Source of the DNA: a virus
IMG/VR virus record: IMGVR_UViG_3300027503_000005
Reading direction: 5' to 3' (one strand)
Length of the DNA: 13,617 nucleotides
The notes below the pieces were generated by a model. That model saw nothing but the letters and a program-made list of their open reading frames with translations, was not told the DNA's origin and ran no database searches. Positions 13,165 to 13,617 of the stretch are shown here, in pieces; the stretch's first letter is position 1; every line of letters begins with the position of its first letter. The translations under genes were made by a program, and so were the position numbers.

Positions 13165-13296
13165 TCATTCGTCAACGGGAAGCGGTGACGGTAATACTGT
13201 GCGAGCTTGCTCGAGCTTTGCTGCTAGCTGAGCTGACGTAGCTGCGACGAAAAGGCCAACGATGAACGCTGCGACGATGCTGAGAGCTGTTTTCAT
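13165..13296 (-). CDS. 43-aa single-pass membrane peptide between the terminase and portal genes
   Basis: Hand translation gives MKTALSIVAAFIVGLFVAATSAQLAAKLEQARTVLPSPLPVDE. The ATG lies 10 nt after the terminase stop. Confidence 0.45.
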   Translation of the reverse strand: MKTALSIVAAFIVGLFVAATSAQLAAKLEQARTVLPSPLPVDE

Positions 13297-13306
13297 GGCC
13301 GGCACT

Positions 13307-13617
13307 CTATCCGAAAGCGATTACTGGAGCGGGCGCCGGTTTTTGCAGCTTTGTAGCTTCAGCAACAGCCCACACCATCGCTCGAACAGCGTGGACACTC
13401 GCACCAGGTACCGCCGTACCGATCGCTAGGCCGCCGTCTCGCACTCTCGAGGTAGTGCGGCCAAGCTGCTCAGCTAGTTGTACGTCACCAGCATGGGAGA
13501 CTATGCCGGTCAAGATTGCTTGCTCGACGAAAGCGGCCCAGCCGCGCAGCTCACGGTCGCCAACTACTCGCACAGTGTCGGGCAGATCGTAGGCGGCTCG
13601 AGCTGGGAACAGTGGCG
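13307..13617 (-). CDS. Large terminase subunit, 3' end (the C-terminal nuclease-domain region of the gene listed at 1..1610)
   Basis: The frame is open to the window edge and identical in sequence and frame to 1..127. The stop TAG is at 13309..13307. The track shows only the internal-Met fragment 13307..13573. Confidence 0.8.
   Translation of the reverse strand, partial: PLFPARAAYDLPDTVRVVGDRELRGWAAFVEQAILTGIVSHAGDVQLAEQLGRTTSRVRDGGLAIGTAVPGASVHAVRAMVWAVAEATKLQKPAPAPVIAFG
13491..13617. repeat. Terminal direct repeat, copy 2 (identical to 1..127)
   Basis: Exact 127/127 identity with the window start. Confidence 0.95.

Larger units (their letters stand above)
1..13490 (-). mobile_element. One complete unit of a small tailed-phage (siphovirus-like) genome. 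It closes as a circle or is terminally redundant, and all genes are on the minus strand.
   Basis: The exact 127-bp overlap between the window ends gives a 13,490-bp unit. The TerL ORF is continuous across the junction. Packaging, head, tail, lysis and replication modules are all present and co-oriented. Confidence 0.8.

Noticed and set aside
1-13617. Lysogeny or satellite status, CRISPR arrays, tRNAs and defence or anti-defence cassettes
   Set aside because: No integrase, recombinase, excisionase or repressor-Cro pair is recognisable. No repeat-spacer arrays or cloverleaf-sized non-coding gaps exist; the largest gap is 63 nt. The element encodes its own capsid, tail and packaging genes, so it is not a satellite. 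Absence of evidence from motif reading alone is not proof, and HHpred on the small ORFs is still needed.

Overview
The window closes on itself. Bases 1..127 are identical to 13491..13617, and a long minus-strand ORF that is still open at base 1 continues in frame at 13490. The unique unit is therefore 13,490 bp, and it reads as a complete, extremely compact tailed-phage (siphovirus-like) genome. Every convincing gene is on the minus strand. Only about 170 nt lie outside a predicted ORF, and many neighbouring genes are joined by ATGA, GTGA or TAATG stop/start overlaps. In minus-strand order starting from a promoter-like site near 4133, the modules are: (1) an early/replication block with micro-ORFs, a small winged-helix protein, a possible Rad52/Sak-like annealing protein, a membrane-anchored Rpf-type transglycosylase, and an HTH_36-like initiator whose own coding sequence carries four phased iterons; (2) a large terminase with an HNH endonuclease fused in frame to its N-terminus, and no recognisable small terminase; (3) a 43-aa membrane peptide, a portal, and a prohead protease fused to the major capsid protein; (4) an adaptor, a tail-terminator-like protein, a small candidate major tail protein, and an HK97 gp10-like protein; (5) a 545-aa tape measure, a Dit-like minor tail protein and a 219-aa fibre-like protein; (6) a CHAP endolysin and two holin-like proteins. 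I see no integrase, DNA polymerase, tRNA, CRISPR array or credible plus-strand gene. The Rpf domain, frequent GTG starts and roughly 55-60 % G+C (judged by eye) point to an actinobacterial host. All functional calls rest on motif recognition from the translations, because no database search was possible. The main leads are the genome size for a tape-measure phage, the HNH-TerL fusion with a U7-UAG slippery site in its linker, the origin-like iterons inside the initiator gene, and the free-standing membrane-anchored Rpf gene.
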